From Fistulifera solaris (lineage: Eukaryota), in contig AP026169.1 of the NCBI GenBank assembly GCA_030295235.1, positions 1 through 64,000 of the forward strand: a stretch of 64,000 bases of DNA. The letters are read 5' to 3'. The position numbers and the translations under genes were made by a program. The notes beneath the pieces were generated by a model. It ran no database searches. It was not told where the DNA came from and saw nothing but the letters and a program-made list of their open reading frames with translations. Of this stretch, positions 58,585-64,000 are shown one piece after another (position 1 is the stretch's first letter; every line of letters starts with the position of its first letter).

Positions 58585-60714
58585 ATGGGTTTCTTTTCCA
58601 AAATATTTCGACGCAACAAATCTTCCGAGGCGACTACTACTATTTCTACGGGCAAGCGTGCGAATAAAGTACGATTGTGTCGACGCAACAACAACAAGTA
58701 TTCGAATAACACACAAGATGAGGAACGCGATGATTCTCCGACGGATTTGGAAGACTTGAATGCCTTTGTCCCGATTGCACGGGGACCCGATTTCTTGGAC
58801 GGATCGCAACGACCTTCGCCCCGCGAGTACAATGGAGGACCGGTAGATTTGGATGAAGTTGAGGCCAGTACGGTGGGAGGTGGAGAGGAAGATGTATCAC
58901 CGTTACCCACACATCATCAACGTCCGGAAATGCGATTGAGTTCGGAACGCTTGGCCGAATTCACACAGCAGATACAACAGCAAGAACCGCACTCATCGCC
59001 GCGGAGTCCTAACAACCATCGAACGTTTACCATGGATCCGGAACCCGTCATGAAAACTACGAACAGTGGTAGTGGTAGCAAGAAAATGTATACCCCCGGG
59101 CAATTGGCATTGGCTGTCGATGATCGCTCTGAGAGTAGTTCTTTTAACTTGAGTACGGACGCCGAAGATACGGAGTACGAAGATTTGAAGAAACACGGTA
59201 TTGTACGCAAGAATACGAAAGCAGCCCTCCAAAACAAGAATCAGCTGAATTTGTCCGCAGAGGCTTCTGTCATATCCTTCCGCTCTTCTCCATCACATCA
59301 ACACGGTACGGAGTTCCCAAATCTGCTTACAGACGATGACGGCAATTCCGTTCGTTCCGGTCCTTCCCTGTTGCCGCACTCTCCGCAAGAAAAGACTACG
59401 ACTGGGCGATCGGCATCGAGTCCCATGGCCAATAACTCGGTATTCAGTGGCTCGTATCGGGAAGCCGCTGCATCCCCCAAGTCGAGTCAAGACAATTTTG
59501 CCAACTTTGCTGATTTCTCGAGTTTCGGCAATGATGCGTTCTTCCCCAAGACGGCCGCTATTGTGGAAGACGAGGAGCATACAAGTCCATCTCCTCGAGC
59601 TCATCAGCGCAGTAGTAGTTTTACACGTCATACTCCATCGGTTGGTTCCGACTCATCCATTTCGGAACTCTTGGCTCAAGCTAAAAGCCACTCCAGCCGC
59701 CACCAGCGCTCGGGCAATACGGTTAACTCGGCTCCGGCCATGACGGCTGCTCAGATCCGCGCTCATCACGGTATCCAGCCCCGTGCGAACGATGGCACGT
59801 CGGTTTCCGATATAATCAAAAGTTTGGAAGCCGACAATGCGAGTCGTATGCGACAATCGGGTAACAAACGTCATTCGGACGCGTACTCGACGCAGAGTCG
59901 TGATGCATCGGTCCGTTCTGCCAAGGAGCGGTTGCGTCGACGACGCGAAAGTAATAGTCATCCGGATGATGCTTCTACCGAATCCGACGAAGATGCCGAG
60001 TCGTGGTTGATGGATGAAGTGACGGGCGCCTTGGGACCGAGAGGCATCGCCGCCGATTTGGAATCGCTAAGTGGTCGATCGCACAAGTCTCATCGGAGTC
60101 ATCATTCCCGGAAATCACGACCCTCCACCCGACGCCGCAGCCCCAACAGTGGAGAATCGGTGGACAGTCAAGGCAGCAAACGCAGTTCGGGTAGTCGTCG
60201 CAGTCGTTACTCGCACCGTTCGACGAAATCTTACATGTCTCAAATGTCCGAACAAAGCCGCAGCGTTGCCAACGACTTGTTGCGTCTCGAAATGCAATTG
60301 GCCATGGTGAATCCCAGCAGTGTCTTGAATCCTGATTCGACCCGCTCTTCTCGCAGCCGCCGTAGCAGTAGTGGCAGCGCAGCACCCCGTCGCTCTCGTA
60401 TCAGTGTGGTGGCTCCTCCCGGAAAATTGGGTATCATCTTGGCCAACAAAGCCGATTCTCGGGGTACCGTTGTATCCGGCGTCCGCACCAGCAGTGTATT
60501 GGCTGATCGTATCAGTCCCGGTGATCGCATTGTCGCCATTGATGGGGAAGACGTGAGTCTCATGACCGTCTCGGAAATAACGACGATTATGGCCCGCAAG
60601 AGTGAATATGATCGGACCTTGACGGTGCTCACGACACCGAAACCAACAACGTTGCATTCGCCCGAATCATCATCATCGGCCGCTTCACCACGGGATTATC
60701 GTTCGCGTGGATGA
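58585..60714 (+). CDS. Ser/Arg-rich protein with a C-terminal PDZ domain
   Basis: VVAPPGKLGIIL...VSGVRTSSVL...ISPGDRIVAIDGEDV is a PDZ signature. N-terminal MGFFSKIF. Confidence 0.85.
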   Translation: MGFFSKIFRRNKSSEATTTISTGKRANKVRLCRRNNNKYSNNTQDEERDDSPTDLEDLNAFVPIARGPDFLDGSQRPSPREYNGGPVDLDEVEASTVGGGEEDVSPLPTHHQRPEMRLSSERLAEFTQQIQQQEPHSSPRSPNNHRTFTMDPEPVMKTTNSGSGSKKMYTPGQLALAVDDRSESSSFNLSTDAEDTEYEDLKKHGIVRKNTKAALQNKNQLNLSAEASVISFRSSPSHQHGTEFPNLLTDDDGNSVRSGPSLLPHSPQEKTTTGRSASSPMANNSVFSGSYREAAASPKSSQDNFANFADFSSFGNDAFFPKTAAIVEDEEHTSPSPRAHQRSSSFTRHTPSVGSDSSISELLAQAKSHSSRHQRSGNTVNSAPAMTAAQIRAHHGIQPRANDGTSVSDIIKSLEADNASRMRQSGNKRHSDAYSTQSRDASVRSAKERLRRRRESNSHPDDASTESDEDAESWLMDEVTGALGPRGIAADLESLSGRSHKSHRSHHSRKSRPSTRRRSPNSGESVDSQGSKRSSGSRRSRYSHRSTKSYMSQMSEQSRSVANDLLRLEMQLAMVNPSSVLNPDSTRSSRSRRSSSGSAAPRRSRISVVAPPGKLGIILANKADSRGTVVSGVRTSSVLADRISPGDRIVAIDGEDVSLMTVSEITTIMARKSEYDRTLTVLTTPKPTTLHSPESSSSAASPRDYRSRG

Positions 60715-61292
60715 AAGTATGCTCGAAAACATCCCAAGTACTGGTAAAAAGAAAAAAATTTAAGCGATCAAGTTATGATTATTACAGAGTACAGAATAAG
60801 TAAGTAAGTAACCCGAAATTGGGTTTATGAAGGGTTTACCATCCATCCATCCATCCATGATCATAGCCATGCTTTTTAGAACGACTCATCCGAATGGTTG
60901 ACAAACAACCACGGTAGGACAATTATTTCACCACTACTTGGAATACACACTCTACTGGATGCTACATCGTACGTCCCTCCTCCGCCCGTGCCGTCAGCCC
61001 GTTTTATCGTCTGTCAGGGAACGGGTCCACACCACCTTCCATCCATCAACCCTTTCAAACCTTTTTTCCCCACACCACACCCATCACACTGGCCAAATAA
61101 GGCAGAAATCACACACGACAATCCCCCCCCCCCCAAAAAAAAACACATTTCCTTGTACTTGTACCTGGTACATCCGAAGAATATATTATTATAACCTTCT
61201 ATTCATTTCTCTTCCTTGTGCATCTAGAAGAAAAAACATTATTCTATTCTATTTTGCTATATTTTATTTTATTTTATATTATATTATATATC

Positions 61293-63363
61293 ATGACACA
61301 ATTACCAATGTCTGTTCCGTGTTGGTGGATAAGAATGATAATAGGTTGTTGTGGTTGTTGTTTGGGTGTCGTCAACATAATGGCGTTTACTCTGCCGACC
61401 ATCAGAATCAATCATAAGCCTGCCTTTGTTCCTTTTCTTCCTATCGTGAATCAACAGTATCATAAACAGTCATCACGTCCAGTCGTTTATTCTTTACAAA
61501 TAAAAGTAAATCCTCTGGAAGATGACGACAACAACGACAACGAAGAAGAAGATGTTCCGGATGACTGGAATGGTGAAGATGATATTTTGTTGTCGTTGAA
61601 TGGATTGGAAGATATGAGTGATATTGTTCTCGAAGACGACGATGATGACGATGTCGTGCTTGAAGAAGAAGACGAAGATGGAACAGTAATGAAGCGATCA
61701 AACGACGATGAGGAAGAAGAAGACGAATATGAATTGGAATTAGTATTGGAAGAAGAAGAAGAAGAAGAAGAAGATGAGGAAGAAAAGGAAATTGTCGAAG
61801 AATACGCCATTGATGAGAGTGTCTGGGAAGAAGACGAGGAATATGTTGAAATTACGGCAGGATCGGTCGATTGGGTAGATGATGAAGACGGCGATGATGA
61901 TGATGATGACAGTATGGAGTGGAATGAAGATCCGGAGGATCCACAATTTGCGGCACAAAAAGAATTGATTGATCAAGCCATTGCCGCTTCAATCCAACGG
62001 GCACACGATGAATCTTTTGAACCGATCGAATTCATTGTTGACGAGAACCAGTTGACACCGGAACAGGAAGAATTGTTGGAACAGTCACCTTTACAAAAAC
62101 AGATTCAAGCCATGATGAAAAATATGGAATTAACTGAACAAGATGTCGAAGCGATAGGCGATTTAGAGGAAGCCGTGGCGGCGACGCCCGATCTCATGCG
62201 CGATGATCCGTATCCGGCCGCAGCGTCTCCCGACTATGTCCGCCCACCCGGTGTCACGGACGACCTGTTGCGAGACTACGACGCCACATACAAGCGAATG
62301 GAACAAGTCATCGACGAAGAACCATGGGATAAGGTGGTGTTACGGGAATGGCAAGGCTACGAAGGTCTATCGAATGAAACGTTGTCGGAAATGGAAGATT
62401 GTTTGGAAGAAATGGGTGGTAGTGCGTACAATGTCACTCGATGGTTGTTGTACGACCTCAATTTCAATGTCTCCAACTTGATTTTGGCGGCCGTCAAACA
62501 CAATCGCGAAGCCCCGGTATTGTTTCAACACTGGTACCCGCAATTGGTCACCTACAAACGGTATCAACACGCCCGCGACCGCAATTTCGATTTCAATTGG
62601 CACGATGTGGAACAAGCGGATCTGGGAGAATTAGAGCGCTATTACCAGGGATTCGGATACGACGAAATTCCCACCAAGGCGCCCGCCGAGACGGGTATTA
62701 TCCGTCTCGAAGACTTGGACGAAGAAGAGATCAAAATGGCCGCCTTTGAGAGTTGGATGACGGATGTCTACAATCCCGAATGGGATCGCAAAGATTTTGA
62801 TGATGATGACTTTCAAGACGAGGACAATGTGTTTTCCGAGTTTTATGAACCCCCAGCATCCCGATTTGCCCACGTTCGAGGAAGCCATGGAAGATTTGGA
62901 AGTGTGGAAAGAGCAATTGGGTGAACACGCAGACGATCCAGCCATGGCGGCGTACCGCGACCGCATGGGTCAAAGTTTCAATTACAAGGTCGTCCGCGAT
63001 GAAGAATTCGAACGCGAATTCCGTGGACACATGATAATAGCCTGTACCGCTGCGGAATACGACCTCGACGTGGCCGAGCAGATTACGCTCCGATTCGACA
63101 AAGAATTCGGCAAACAAGTCTTTGTGGAGACCCGCGTGTTGGCCTTGGCTCGTGAAGAAGACAATGTGTACGAGATTTGGTTGGAAAGTTACGATATTGA
63201 ATTATTACACTCAAAGAAGCGGGCTCTTTCGAATTTCAAAGATTGGACGGGCCCTGCCGAAGTGGATGCCGCCCAAATTGACTATTTGGTGGACCGAGTA
63301 CGTTATCTGATCAGTGACGATTCACGGTATAGTTACCGGATGGAAATGGAATATGCGGAATAA
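61293..63363 (+). CDS. Highly acidic hypothetical protein, possibly plastid-targeted
   Basis: Leader ending IMA-FTLP, long D/E tracts and a globular C-terminal part. Frameshift in the C-run at ~62850 joins ORFs 61218-62924 and 62764-63363. Confidence 0.75.
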
Positions 63364-64000
63364 CATGATTATAATTTAAGTTGAATGGACGAAATGTGCC
63401 TTTTTGTAGACTATGAACTGCACTTCGTAACGAGTCACCTTAGCGACGAGCAACGACAGCTCTTTCTCTGTACCGGTCCGACTTCTATTACTTAGTACAC
63501 GTATTTTTTCGTCATTGGCCTGGCCTTATTACCCAGGACCCAGGCCCGAGGCTCCAGGCCCTTTGCGGATTTGTAGTGTGGCAAAGAAAGAACATGCGTA
63601 GCACCCCATCAAAACGCCGTGTGTTCCCTCTCGTGTTTTGTTCGAAAATAAGAAAGGAACAATAAACGTTGAGCGCGTTCTTGCTGTCACAATGGCGGAA
63701 GCCTATTATTGCGGCGACGCAAAAAAAAGAATAAGAGGACTGAAAACTGATTTTTGATTTACAGTTTTGTTTTAGCACGAGTAATCGATTGATAGCAGGA
63801 GAAAGAAGAAGTCAAGTCAGCGAAACGCAGCAAATAGATTCCTGTAAAGAAAAGAAACTATTTTTTCTCGGGAGAGCGCGCGCTACATTCCCCGAAAACT
63901 TGTTCTTCTGTCATGCGTGTCCTTCTTCGTTATCCAAGAAATAATAGTGACGAAGAAGTAAAAATCGATAGTGTTTTAGTCAGCGAAGCAGAGCAACCGC

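Noticed and set aside
60795..61290. (TAAG)n, (CCAT)n, C/A runs and (TATTT)n tracts
   Set aside because: Ordinary intergenic microsatellites.
4400..62860. Programmed ribosomal frameshifting or mass pseudogenisation
   Set aside because: The shifts go in both directions, sit in arbitrary homopolymers and hit essential genes, which fits sequencing error.

Overview
Left end of a eukaryotic chromosome, most likely a pennate diatom (inferred from TTAGGG telomeres, short GT-AG introns and diatom-type gene families). It opens with (CCCTAA)n at 1-112, joined directly to a 3.6-kb modular TGCA-core satellite (113-3688). About 25 genes follow: a TFIIB-related protein, four Amt ammonium transporters in two tandem pairs, a triple CBM6-like secreted protein, a GT11-like protein, four paralogous small secreted Cys-containing PPC-like proteins, bestrophin, M14 carboxypeptidase, histidine phosphatase, a two-pore K+ channel, UTP15, a CAMK-type kinase, dyskerin/CBF5, a PDZ protein and several hypotheticals. 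Two MITEs with 8-bp TSDs are present. Many genes are split by 1-nt indels in homopolymers, which are probably assembly errors. The best leads are: (1) long first introns of the second Amt pair, which share ~140-nt AG-free zones, candidate distant branch points and conserved blocks, with mutually exclusive helices in one copy (candidate splicing-control RNA element); (2) the standalone PPC-like secreted family; (3) the word/phrase structure of the subtelomeric satellite; (4) a strong excess of 7-bp tandem duplications in intergenic DNA. All family assignments come from motif recognition by eye; no database searches were run.
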